Part shown: in pieces, positions 9,927-18,508 of the stretch | How positions within the stretch are numbered: the stretch's first letter is position 1 | Layout: every line of letters starts with the position of its first letter | From: a virus | Lineage: Duplodnaviria; Caudoviricetes | Length of the DNA: 55,847 nucleotides | Direction: 5' to 3' (one strand) | Virus record (IMG/VR): IMGVR_UViG_3300038301_000366 | Coordinates: 1 to 55,847 of that record | Notes under the pieces: model-generated | Databases searched by the model: none | The model's input: only the letters and a program-made list of their open reading frames with translations | What the model was told of the DNA's origin: nothing | Program-made: the position numbers and the translations under genes

Positions 9927-11011
9927 TACATCAAAAATGTGCCTTCAACCCAATGCTTTCTTTCAGCGGTAGTCAAAGACTCTAAGAAGTCATTACCCCC
10001 TTGCCCTCCACCGTAGATTAGATAATCAATGATCTCTCTGAGGACCTTTAATTCGCCTCTGGAATAAGACGTGTTAATAGGTGTCCCACGCATCCCATCG
10101 TTATAAAGCTCTCGGATTAATTTTCTATGTTGGTTTTTCAAATTTGGACGAGTAGATATCCTAAGATGTTCTAAGATTACTTTTATTCTGTCGTGGTGTC
10201 CTAGTGTCCCGAACTTGCTTTCAGTCATGGTTTGTTTTTTTGGTTTACCTGACTCATTACTTTCAAGAGCGGAAATCTGTTTGGGCGAAAGGCTTCTCCC
10301 ACTTAAAACTTGGCTTTTTAAAGACTTTAAAAATCGGTTGTTAGGGGTCTTCTTAAGCACTGCGTTTATTCGGTTTAAGAGTGTTTGGTCAACTGTACCC
10401 GATCCTTCAAACTTTCCAATCGCCGCTCTTTGCCTAGTAGATAGTCTAGTTCCTTTGAGGATTTTTTCTCTCAAGTCACTTAAGAAAGGATGGTTCTTCA
10501 ATCTATTTTCATTTAGGAGATTTTGAATCCTTGCAAGGTCAGAGCTTGGGTCAAGTATTTGCTCAAGCTGATTCAAAATCTTTTCGTCTCTCTTAGAAAG
10601 AGAAGATTGACCTAGTAAAGTGTCGATGACTCTTGGTGCATTAGATCCGAAAGCAGTTTTGATCTGATTTAAGAGTGTATTGTACGTTTCTTTTTGTGCC
10701 TTTAATTTCTCCCCACTGATTAAAAAGTTCTCAAGCTTTTTCCCTGAGTGCATCGGAAAGATGCTGAATCTCCTTGGGTCTGAATCTACTATGAACTCTG
10801 CCGACATTACATCATCTTGAAGATCCCCACCGCCCCCTATTTTAAGAAGGTGCTTTTCGGGTGCAGTCTCTGTAGATTCTTCGGGACCAAAGTTCAGAAT
10901 AGAAACATCAAGCTCCAACCCTTTGTAAACAGCAGGGCCATCGGGAGAACTCATCCCTAAAAGATCAAGAAGCTCATCAGGATCAAATTCGATTGCAATA
11001 ACGTAAGCCAT
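9923..11011 (-). CDS. Hypothetical protein with repeated FLxSL..Q...G..LS.KQ modules; related to 34487..35458
   Basis: HPFLSDLREKILKGTRLSTRQ and NRFLKSLKSQVLSGRSLSPKQ. Confidence 0.75.
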   Translation of the reverse strand: MAYVIAIEFDPDELLDLLGMSSPDGPAVYKGLELDVSILNFGPEESTETAPEKHLLKIGGGGDLQDDVMSAEFIVDSDPRRFSIFPMHSGKKLENFLISGEKLKAQKETYNTLLNQIKTAFGSNAPRVIDTLLGQSSLSKRDEKILNQLEQILDPSSDLARIQNLLNENRLKNHPFLSDLREKILKGTRLSTRQRAAIGKFEGSGTVDQTLLNRINAVLKKTPNNRFLKSLKSQVLSGRSLSPKQISALESNESGKPKKQTMTESKFGTLGHHDRIKVILEHLRISTRPNLKNQHRKLIRELYNDGMRGTPINTSYSRGELKVLREIIDYLIYGGGQGGNDFLESLTTAERKHWVEGTFLMY

Positions 11012-11106
11012 TTTTCTATCCTTATACTAGATTTAATATTTGCTCGATGCAGAGGCACATCATCAAAGGTTCAGAGTAAAAACAAAACATCATGCCACCC
11101 TTTCTT

Positions 11107-11145
11107 TTAGACTCTTTATAAACGGTCTAGCGATAGATAAATAAA
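11107..11145. promoter_or_regulatory. Facing pair of degenerate late-motif copies (+ 11107..11119, - 11133..11145) in a divergent intergenic gap
   Basis: TTAGACTCTTTAT on the + strand; TTTATTTATCTAT on the - strand. Confidence 0.4.
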
Positions 11146-11158
11146 AAGAGAGGCAATC

Positions 11159-12412
11159 ATGGACATTGTAAGACTTATTAAGATCTCGTCTCAGTTCCCG
11201 AATACAAAACTCGCTAAGGCTACAGAGACTTATCTTCTTTCTTTGGTTAAGAAAGAGATTGAGCATAACTCAAGCTTAGAGTTCTTGAATCAGTTATCAG
11301 ATAGAGTAGCTTCCTCCCCCTCGAACCATTGGCAAAGAGGTCTTATGCTCTTAAAGAGGGCTTCTCAAGGCGAAGATGTTATTCATTTCTTAGAGCATTG
11401 GGAAGATCAGGGTTCTCGATCTTTGAACTTTGAAGGCAGTAAGAAAGAACTCATTCGTTTAGCTTATGAGAACCCTTCTCTTAGACCGATCATTGTAGGT
11501 GCGGAGTCAGCTCAGATAAGTCAGTCTGATCTGAACCAAGCAGGTAAACAAAAAGCTAAAAAGCAAGACCGAGCCCCTAAAGGAGAGGGGAGAGGTGCTG
11601 AGAGGAAGATGCAGAAAGCTGAAGGTAAGAAGAGTAAAAAACAAGAGCTTCAAATGTTGATGACTAATTACAAATCAAGCGAGAACGGTGCGGAAAGAAC
11701 TAAGATAACTAAGAGACTGCAAAGTCTTATTCGAGGTAAAAAAAGAACAAAACAGACCCCAAAGCTTATGAAAATAATGGTCAATTGGAACAAATACTCT
11801 AACGGTATTAAGAAAGTAAAGTCACCTAAAACAAAAGAAGAAGTGACTTGGGCTACTTTGTTTTCTGATGAGGAGACAAAAGAATTTGCAGAGGAGTTAA
11901 GAGAAGAAGAGTACATCAAACCACTCTTTCAACTTGCAAAAAGAATTGTCCAACAAGCGGGGGATGGTAGCGAGAAAGATGACTCCAAGAAGAAAGACGA
12001 GCCTAAGAAGGATGACAAGGGTGAGTCAGATACAAGTAAGTCCGATGGAGATAAAGGTGAGAGTAAAGGAGAGGATAAGGGTATCGTAGAAAGTCTTATG
12101 GAGAGTGAGGGTATCTCTAAAGAAGAAGCCCAAGACATGGCAGGTAACATTTTAGAGGGTGAAGGTGATGATGAAGATGATACTTCAGAAGCCCCTGATT
12201 CTTCAGAGTCAGCAACAGGTCAGTCTGTTTCTACAAGTGGAGGTCTTGGAGGATTAGGTGGGGAGTCAAGTGGGGGCGACAGTGGAGCTAAGGGCTATAC
12301 TAAAGTCAAAAAAGGACCGCACGACACAAAAAAGCAGAAAAAACAGCAATCTGACAGTCGAAAAAAGAACAGAAAGAAAGCAAACTCAAATGACTTAGAC
12401 ATTAGTTTTTAA
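11159..12412 (+). CDS. Highly charged low-complexity protein, candidate internal head protein (internal LIRLAYENPSLR tag)
   Basis: K/E/D/G/S-rich; shares a tag with 13476..14042. Confidence 0.65.
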   Translation: MDIVRLIKISSQFPNTKLAKATETYLLSLVKKEIEHNSSLEFLNQLSDRVASSPSNHWQRGLMLLKRASQGEDVIHFLEHWEDQGSRSLNFEGSKKELIRLAYENPSLRPIIVGAESAQISQSDLNQAGKQKAKKQDRAPKGEGRGAERKMQKAEGKKSKKQELQMLMTNYKSSENGAERTKITKRLQSLIRGKKRTKQTPKLMKIMVNWNKYSNGIKKVKSPKTKEEVTWATLFSDEETKEFAEELREEEYIKPLFQLAKRIVQQAGDGSEKDDSKKKDEPKKDDKGESDTSKSDGDKGESKGEDKGIVESLMESEGISKEEAQDMAGNILEGEGDDEDDTSEAPDSSESATGQSVSTSGGLGGLGGESSGGDSGAKGYTKVKKGPHDTKKQKKQQSDSRKKNRKKANSNDLDISF

Positions 12413-12425
12413 GAAAGGAAAACAA

Positions 12426-13409
12426 ATGATTAACTTCTTACAGTCCCCAAGTCAGTTCAACACTGTAAATATAAAGATGGCATCTCTTTCAGAAAGACAG
12501 CTAGTGATTATCGCCTGTTTTCAATATAGACAAGCGAAGACTCTACGCCTCGCCTCCAACTGGGTAACAAATCTAATCAGTTCGGGTGTCGCTAAAGTTA
12601 AAGGCATGGCGAAGTATGTTAAAAATGCGTTCTTAAAAATCTTAAAAGTGTTCTTTGTTCAAACCCCTGTCGTCAACCTATTCACTGAGTTTTTTCAATC
12701 CCTTGCTTATGATCGTCTACTGTCAAAGCTCTATTTCGCATGGAAACTAGGTGCTAAACATAGGGAGAGCGGTAAAGACCTTCTGAGTAGAGTGGGGTTC
12801 ATCAAGTATTATGGATCAAGGGATGGACTGTTCTTCTATGATGATTATATGAGTGGGTATGATGATACTTCTGACCTTAAAGATTTAAGAATCAAGGCGG
12901 TAAATATCGCTAAGGAAGATTTAGGTTTGAGGACAGTCACAGAGATTATAAAAGTGGCGTGGGAAACCCTAAACCCGTTCAAGTTTTTTGAGTCTTTCTT
13001 TACCTCATTAAAACTGATTGGTAAGAAAAAGGTTTTCTTACCTGGCTCAAGGACAGAAGCTAGTTTTATAGACATCTTTCTGTATCAGTTAAACTATGCA
13101 ATCCCTATGATGATCGCTATTTCATTACCTCAGATATTTACGATTAAAGTGTTAGGTGGTCTAGCACTAGGTTCACTTATGGGATACAACCCTAAAGATA
13201 TTATCAAAGGAAATAGCTCCTCCATCAAAAAACTCAAAAGGGGCATTTCTTCTCTTTTCTTTAAACAGCAAAAAAGATTTGATGTGGAAGAAATCTTTGA
13301 GAAGATTCCTGAAAAAGATGTTTTCTTCCATGACGCTCAAGGTGATCTTAAATCTGTTCAGAGTGCTTCAGAAGAAGAAATAGAGGAACTAGTTAAAAGT
13401 ATAAACTAG
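12426..13409 (+). CDS. Hypothetical membrane-associated protein
   Basis: Hydrophobic stretch YAIPMMIAISLPQIFTIKVLGGLALGSLMG; KMAS and RLAS sites near the N-terminus. Confidence 0.65.
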   Translation: MINFLQSPSQFNTVNIKMASLSERQLVIIACFQYRQAKTLRLASNWVTNLISSGVAKVKGMAKYVKNAFLKILKVFFVQTPVVNLFTEFFQSLAYDRLLSKLYFAWKLGAKHRESGKDLLSRVGFIKYYGSRDGLFFYDDYMSGYDDTSDLKDLRIKAVNIAKEDLGLRTVTEIIKVAWETLNPFKFFESFFTSLKLIGKKKVFLPGSRTEASFIDIFLYQLNYAIPMMIAISLPQIFTIKVLGGLALGSLMGYNPKDIIKGNSSSIKKLKRGISSLFFKQQKRFDVEEIFEKIPEKDVFFHDAQGDLKSVQSASEEEIEELVKSIN

Positions 13410-13417
13410 TAACGTAT

Positions 13418-13430
13418 ATACCTCTTTTAT
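13418..13430 (+). promoter_or_regulatory. Putative late promoter motif (ATACCTCTTTTAT)
   Basis: Matches ATA-N6-YTAT, 45 nt upstream of the ATG. Confidence 0.5.
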
Positions 13431-13475
13431 CTTTTTGCCTTTGTAACTAAATAAAACAACAATAAGGAGACTCCC

Positions 13476-14042
13476 ATGTCCGACACAAGAAAGAAACTAA
13501 TAAGAATCGCTTACGATAACCCACATTTGCGATCTAAAATCCTACCGACTTTGAACAAAATCTCAGCTCAAAAAAAGAAGAAGACCAAGGTCAACTTCAT
13601 TGAAGCCATTCTTGAGAACCCAACTGACTTAACTTCTTGGTTGGAAAGACAAGACGATGCTCCCTCACTCAAAGGTTGGGATATTAAGAGTCATCACATG
13701 ACGATGGAATTTTTAAAGAAGGGCAAAGCAACAGACCTAGAACCTTATAAACAGTTCTTGGGTAACACCTATACCGTAGACATTGTAGGATATGCTTTTG
13801 ATGACAAGTGTGTTGCAGTCTTAATAGACACAAACTTGCCTGTCGATAACAAGTTCCCTCATATTACGGTAGCTGTGAATGGTGTGTCTCCTGTATACAG
13901 CAACGACCTCTTGAAAGAGAAGAGTGCTTCAGGTGAACTTATCCAAGCAAAAGGTAAGCTTAAAGTGAAGGTTGGGTACTTTGACTTTAAGACTCACCGT
14001 TATGATCTTCCTCATGAGTTTTTTGAAACTGACGAGGATTGA
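13476..14042 (+). CDS. 2H phosphoesterase (cyclic phosphodiesterase-like) with N-terminal tag
   Basis: Two HxT motifs (HHMTM, PHITVAV) followed by P.YSN, as in tRNA-ligase CPDase-like 2H domains; AAGGAG RBS. Confidence 0.8.
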   Translation: MSDTRKKLIRIAYDNPHLRSKILPTLNKISAQKKKKTKVNFIEAILENPTDLTSWLERQDDAPSLKGWDIKSHHMTMEFLKKGKATDLEPYKQFLGNTYTVDIVGYAFDDKCVAVLIDTNLPVDNKFPHITVAVNGVSPVYSNDLLKEKSASGELIQAKGKLKVKVGYFDFKTHRYDLPHEFFETDED

Positions 14043-14359
14043 TCTGATTTCCAAGTGTCAAAGAGTCCTTCGCAGATTATATCTTCAAGATTCTCTGACT
14101 CAAGCTTCTCGTTGATAAGATACTTTCCGTTATTGTATCCAAGCTCTCCCCCTTCTTTGATAAGTAAGAGACACATACAAGACAAAGTAGCTTCATCCTC
14201 TAATACGGGAATCCACCCTTTATTGAAGGCTCTGTCTTCGTATCTGATTCTTATTTTTTGAGTTAGCTTATAGGGTGGGCAAGCCAACATACCTTCAGTC
14301 CATTTCCATCTTGGATGTTGAACTAGCTTAATGATAGATGACATCTTCATCTTTTTCAA
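14012..14359 (-). CDS. Hypothetical protein (WKWTEGML motif)
   Basis: ORF in a minus-strand run; start probably near 14344. Confidence 0.6.
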   Translation of the reverse strand: MKKMKMSSIIKLVQHPRWKWTEGMLACPPYKLTQKIRIRYEDRAFNKGWIPVLEDEATLSCMCLLLIKEGGELGYNNGKYLINEKLESENLEDIICEGLFDTWKSDQSSSVSKNS

Positions 14360-14753
14360 ACAAGAAGGAAAGAGACACTAGAGGGTTTCTTATTTTGATA
14401 GGTCCTTCAAAAATATATTCGTTTTTTATAAGATTTGGAGGTCTTTGGTAATAGGCTTCTATGCCTTCTTTGTTCATTTTTAGTAAAACGAAACCATATT
14501 CTTCTTGGCTCTTTAAACAAAGACAACAAGTGAAGTCCACCCCCCAAAGTAAAGAGTCATTTATTTTCTTGGTTAAGTCTTTTTGGTCTTCTTTAGAGAA
14601 GGTGTAAATAACACTACCTTGAGGGCAATAATAGAATGAAGGGCTTTCATTCAGTGGTATATTATTCTGTATAGTCTTAAATATGTTTTTCCTACATTGT
14701 AAAAGAAGTTCTTTCTTTGTGTTTTTTTGTTGGGGGTTTAAATCATGGAACAT
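14328..14753 (-). CDS. Hypothetical protein
   Basis: ORF; ends EDVIYH, like 15169..15576. Confidence 0.6.
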   Translation of the reverse strand: MFHDLNPQQKNTKKELLLQCRKNIFKTIQNNIPLNESPSFYYCPQGSVIYTFSKEDQKDLTKKINDSLLWGVDFTCCLCLKSQEEYGFVLLKMNKEGIEAYYQRPPNLIKNEYIFEGPIKIRNPLVSLSFLFEKDEDVIYH

Positions 14754-14990
14754 AGGAAATCTCGCTTGTATCGGAGTTTGCTTTCTCGATTAGAGAACTG
14801 TAAATTTCTTCTTAAGTCATCCTCGAAGGATTTGTCATCTATTAATAAATATCAGAAAAACGCTTCAAACGAAGATTTAACTCTAAGAATGTCTTTTTTA
14901 ATAAAAGAGTTAGACAAAACTTTCTTAGACTTAGAAAGTCGGTATAAGGAAGAGAAAAGAAAAGTCCGTAAAGAAAGAGAGTCTAAGTAA
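14745..14990 (+). CDS. Hypothetical small coiled-coil protein
   Basis: Stop overlaps the start of the next ORF (TAATG coupling). Confidence 0.5.
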   Translation: MEHRKSRLYRSLLSRLENCKFLLKSSSKDLSSINKYQKNASNEDLTLRMSFLIKELDKTFLDLESRYKEEKRKVRKERESK

Positions 14991-15172
14991 TGCCTACTTA
15001 CAATTACAAATGTAAAAAAGAAGTATGTCAGCAGGAGTTCCAAGTTTTTCACAAAATGGATGACCCAAAACCACCCTGTCCTAAGTGTGGTGAGGAAGAC
15101 CCCAAACTGCTGATCAAAGGTATGAACTTTGTTCTTAAAGGACAAGGTTGGTTCAATAGCGGTGGTTACTAG
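14990..15172 (+). CDS. FmdB-family zinc-ribbon protein
   Basis: MPTYNYKC...C..EF.VFHKMDD..PPCPKCG...FVLKGQGWF: full FmdB/CxxC_CXXC_SSSS signature. Confidence 0.88.
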   Translation: MPTYNYKCKKEVCQQEFQVFHKMDDPKPPCPKCGEEDPKLLIKGMNFVLKGQGWFNSGGY

Positions 15173-15576
15173 TGATAAACAATTTCTTCACTGTAGTTAT
15201 CGACTAACTGTGGTAGACACTCTTCTAAGTTTACTTCTTTATAGTCGCTTAAAAAAATGTCCGAGGTATACGTTTTGAGTTCATTTATAGTTCGATCATA
15301 TATTAATAAGAGTACGTTATCTTGATTAGTGTCTTGATTTTCTACAATACACCAAAAAACAAACCCCCTAGAGGCAGGCTCTTCTTTAAGCATGGTTTTT
15401 AACATCATAGACCAATTATCTATAACTATGTCAGCTAAACACAAGTGAGGATAGTCGAGGATTATTCTTTCTTCCATCAGACTAAACGAAGTCGCTTGAG
15501 GTGGCTCTAGCTTTAAATAAATCTTATGTTGGATTACATACTCTTTTAGAAACTCAATAAATATTTCTATGTTCAT
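15169..15576 (-). CDS. Hypothetical protein
   Basis: ORF with AAAGGGA RBS; ends EEIVYH. Confidence 0.65.
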   Translation of the reverse strand: MNIEIFIEFLKEYVIQHKIYLKLEPPQATSFSLMEERIILDYPHLCLADIVIDNWSMMLKTMLKEEPASRGFVFWCIVENQDTNQDNVLLLIYDRTINELKTYTSDIFLSDYKEVNLEECLPQLVDNYSEEIVYH

Positions 15577-15600
15577 CTTTTATCCCTTTGAGGTTTATAT

Positions 15601-15927
15601 ATGAAGTCTTATACCTTCCCTGTTATTTTTTTATGCCTCGCTGAACTCATTTTTTGGTTTAAGGGTAATTCAAAAGAGTTATACGGGATAGCATGGGGCC
15701 CTTTAAAATGGTGGCTGTACACAAGTTTATTTACAAACTACCTATGCCTATATGCTTGGTGGAAACTCATAGAGTTGGGAGACGTTTGGAAAGCAGGAGT
15801 TACTTGGGCCTTTTGTGGTCTAAGTATTGAACTGATATTGAACTGTTATTTTTTTGGCTTCAATTGGAGAGGGATTGTGGCTTTAACTTTGTGTGGTCTA
15901 GGGGTTCTTGTAGCCCACAGTGGTTAA
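15601..15927 (+). CDS. Small multi-pass membrane protein (SMR/DMT-like size and hydropathy)
   Basis: 108 aa with about 4 hydrophobic segments; GAGG RBS. Confidence 0.6.
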   Translation: MKSYTFPVIFLCLAELIFWFKGNSKELYGIAWGPLKWWLYTSLFTNYLCLYAWWKLIELGDVWKAGVTWAFCGLSIELILNCYFFGFNWRGIVALTLCGLGVLVAHSG

Positions 15928-15989
15928 TCATCTCTTGGTGGGTTTAATAGCCTTCTGACTGCTTCTTTCAACCATTCTTTATCGCACAT
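15924..15989 (-). CDS. Unlisted 21-aa mini-ORF MCDKEWLKEAVRRLLNPPRDD
   Basis: AAGGAG RBS 5 nt before the ATG; stop overlaps the stop of the convergent gene. Confidence 0.5.
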   Translation of the reverse strand: MCDKEWLKEAVRRLLNPPRDD

Positions 15990-16026
15990 GATAACTCCTT
16001 AAATAAATTTGTAATAAAGAGAATGC

Positions 16027-16061
16027 TCTGATACTACACCCTCTTATTTTAATGTATCAGA
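16027..16061. repeat. Inverted repeat TCTGATAC-N19-GTATCAGA between divergent mini-ORFs
   Basis: Read directly; encloses a minus-strand TAAAAT-AAGAGGGT element. Confidence 0.5.
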
Positions 16062-16075
16062 ATAGGAGTTCAGAC

Positions 16076-16171
16076 ATGAACTTTTTCACTTACTTAGCTA
16101 TCACAGGTTCTGCGTTTACTTACTCAATGTTCTTCCTTATGGCGTATAGGTATTACAGAGACCTTCAGTGA
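16076..16171 (+). CDS. Unlisted 31-aa hydrophobic peptide MNFFTYLAITGSAFTYSMFFLMAYRYYRDLQ
   Basis: AGGAG RBS; single TM-like segment with a basic tail. Confidence 0.55.
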   Translation: MNFFTYLAITGSAFTYSMFFLMAYRYYRDLQ

Positions 16172-16174
16172 TTT

Positions 16175-16187
16175 TTATACTCTTTAT
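16175..16187 (+). promoter_or_regulatory. Putative late promoter motif (TTATACTCTTTAT)
   Basis: Degenerate match upstream of the 16226 operon. Confidence 0.4.
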
Positions 16188-16225
16188 ATGTCTAGCCTTT
16201 AAATGTATGTATCAAGAGGGTAGAC

Positions 16226-16603
16226 ATGAAAACGAAGACATCCGCAAAAAAAGATTTGATCTTAAAAGACTTAGACCCTTCGGTCATTTCTAAAGCGAAG
16301 TCTATTTCTGTTGTAGCTAAAGACTTTGAACAGAAAGTTTTTAGAGAGCCGATTGTATTTACAGTGGGAGATTATCAAGTATCACTTGAAGCTAAAGGAG
16401 TTCGTAAAGATCCTGATATTTTCTTAAGTTGCAACTGTGCTTATTGGAGATATCAAGGTAGTGAGTTTCATGCTCAAAAAAATGGTTATTTGTTCGGTAC
16501 ACCTAAAGGTACATTAGATGAACCTGTCAAGCGTGACCCTCAAGGTACTCATAAAGTGTGTAAGCACGTTTATGCGGTCTTGAGAGATTTTTTTGGAGTC
16601 TAA
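16226..16603 (+). CDS. SWIM zinc-finger protein
   Basis: SCNCAYWRYQG ... VCKHVYAV (CxC...CKH). Confidence 0.75.
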   Translation: MKTKTSAKKDLILKDLDPSVISKAKSISVVAKDFEQKVFREPIVFTVGDYQVSLEAKGVRKDPDIFLSCNCAYWRYQGSEFHAQKNGYLFGTPKGTLDEPVKRDPQGTHKVCKHVYAVLRDFFGV

Positions 16604-16604
16604 A

Positions 16605-16991
16605 ATGAGATACGAATATAAATGCACCAAGTGTGAGATTGAATATGAATGTTCAATACCTATGGATGATTACAAAACCCCCCAACCCTGCCCTGAGTGT
16701 GGGGTTAAGAATGAAAAACTTTTTCAACCCACTAGAAACTTCATTCTTAAAGGTGATGGTTGGGCTGGTAAAAACCATAGGATAAACCAACAGATGAGAG
16801 CTAAAAATAAGAAGCTAGACGCAAGAACTGCTGAAATGAAGCGTGATGCACCTAATGTTACTCTCGCCCCTAATGTCGATGGTGAACGTGTAGACTCTTG
16901 GGGCGAAGCTCAAAAATTAGCTCAGTCTAAAGGTAAAAGCACTGAATCTTATGAACCCCTGATCGCAAAAGAGAAAGCGAGTAAAAAATGA
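16605..16991 (+). CDS. FmdB-like zinc-ribbon protein with C-terminal extension
   Basis: MRYEYKCTKC...PCPECG...FILKGDGW; ATG at 16605 behind GGAG. Confidence 0.8.
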   Translation: MRYEYKCTKCEIEYECSIPMDDYKTPQPCPECGVKNEKLFQPTRNFILKGDGWAGKNHRINQQMRAKNKKLDARTAEMKRDAPNVTLAPNVDGERVDSWGEAQKLAQSKGKSTESYEPLIAKEKASKK

Positions 16992-17716
16992 GTAGAGGAC
17001 GCTTGTTAGCTAGTTTAAATTATAGATCTAAAGGTGTTACAGATATGTCTATCTCTAACACGAATCTTAGAAATATCGAAACATTGCAAGTATATGGGGC
17101 GAGTTCTTTGAACGATGCTTTTTTAAGCCCCTCTTTGCTTTTTTCTGTTAAGTCGGGTCGGACGTATCTTTCTCCGACTCTAAAGCAAAAAAGATTTAAA
17201 GGCCAAGAAGACAGTAAAAGAGATATTACTAGCTTCTTGTTTAACCTAGATGACTTTGCGACAGTCCCTCAAGTAGGAGTGACAAGAATCCCTCCCGATT
17301 CTGATATAATTTATTTACGATTGCGAGGGGTTTTAAGAGATGGGTCTACCACACGCTTTGGTCCTGTACTTGCTGTTCCACCTTATGATTTCTTTGGGGT
17401 TACTGTACCTTTTTTCACTACTGTGGGGAATGCTCCCGATTTAGCGACTAATGGGGTGATCCCTGACGTTTTGGGTGAAGGTTCTTTAAACCTCCACCTC
17501 CCTTATTTTAGTGGGACTTTTAACATTAAGAATTTCTCTCAAGCTCAAGGGGGGACGAACTTGTTCTTTTCCCTTTCAGCAGGTATGACCCCCTCAATTC
17601 TGAGACCAGGGGAGGAACTCACTGTTACAGGTGTTTCTGTCCCCGAAGTTTTTGTAGCGTCTGATGGAGGTACGCCTCTTTTCTCTATTAGATGTGGGAT
17701 TGTTAATAGAGGCTAA
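16988..17716 (+). CDS. Hypothetical, probably structural beta-rich protein
   Basis: Translationally coupled; G/P/S/T/V-rich; directly precedes the paralog trio. Confidence 0.6.
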   Translation: MSRGRLLASLNYRSKGVTDMSISNTNLRNIETLQVYGASSLNDAFLSPSLLFSVKSGRTYLSPTLKQKRFKGQEDSKRDITSFLFNLDDFATVPQVGVTRIPPDSDIIYLRLRGVLRDGSTTRFGPVLAVPPYDFFGVTVPFFTTVGNAPDLATNGVIPDVLGEGSLNLHLPYFSGTFNIKNFSQAQGGTNLFFSLSAGMTPSILRPGEELTVTGVSVPEVFVASDGGTPLFSIRCGIVNRG

Positions 17717-17729
17717 ATACTTTCTTTAT
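17717..17729 (+). promoter_or_regulatory. Putative late promoter motif (ATACTTTCTTTAT)
   Basis: Exact ATA-N6-YTAT immediately after a stop codon. Confidence 0.55.
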
Positions 17730-17775
17730 GTGAGTATTCTTTTAGACCCAGTTCGTTCTTGAAGGAGAAGATGTC

Positions 17776-18486
17776 ATGGCACAAGTTTATTTAATCGCTC
17801 GTAGAGCCGAAGTTCAGAATGGGTCAGTTATGGTTACTGACTTGTTCCCCAATGAAAGCCAAAGAAATACTGCAATCGACCCCGTTGGTGCAGGCCCGAT
17901 CTATGTAAGACAGATTGATCTAGGTGTGAAAGGAAAGTATAGAGCTATCCTAAGCACCACTGCAAACGTGATCTCGTTTGCTCGTGAATCAAGAGGTCTT
18001 GTTGCTTTCCTTATTAAGAATGTTGAAGCAGGCGGAGCTAACGGAGACGCTCTTACAGTTGCAGAAGCAACAATCGGAGCTAACCTTATCCTCGCAGAAG
18101 TTCGTGATGGAAATGCTCTCCCCGCAATTGCTATTAACGGCATTCTTACTAACATCAATGTTGGTGGTGCAGGTACTGACATTGAAGCAAACAGCACTGT
18201 TTCTGAGCTTATTCGTGTTCTTTCAGGAGAGACTTACATCGTCAAAGCAGGAAGTACGGTCGAAGACGCAAATGGAAACTTTGTCCCTGATGTTAATGCT
18301 TCAGCAGGCTTTCAGAATGATGTGAGACACCCTGTTGATGGGGACTCTTCTTGGGTTCTTTCAGCGCAAGGCGGTGTTCTTTCAGGTCTTAAATCTAATC
18401 AAAATGTAAAGGTAGGTTTTGCAGGTGTTTTGACCACAGACCCTATCGTAACCGTTTATAATGCAGACGGTTCATTGTTTGTTTAA
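17776..18486 (+). CDS. Putative virion structural protein, paralog 1 of 3
   Basis: VTDLFPNESQRN..IDP...GP.Y and C-terminal VYNADGSL; AAGGAG RBS. Confidence 0.7.
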   Translation: MAQVYLIARRAEVQNGSVMVTDLFPNESQRNTAIDPVGAGPIYVRQIDLGVKGKYRAILSTTANVISFARESRGLVAFLIKNVEAGGANGDALTVAEATIGANLILAEVRDGNALPAIAINGILTNINVGGAGTDIEANSTVSELIRVLSGETYIVKAGSTVEDANGNFVPDVNASAGFQNDVRHPVDGDSSWVLSAQGGVLSGLKSNQNVKVGFAGVLTTDPIVTVYNADGSLFV

Positions 18487-18508
18487 ACCATAAGAATGGA
18501 GATTTAAA

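Noticed and set aside
11012-11158. Possible tRNA or structured ncRNA in the larger intergenic gaps (also 35459..35546, 35736..35858, 55256..55398)
   Set aside because: No cloverleaf, T-loop or long stable stems were recognisable by eye. A covariance-model scan would be needed to exclude this fully.
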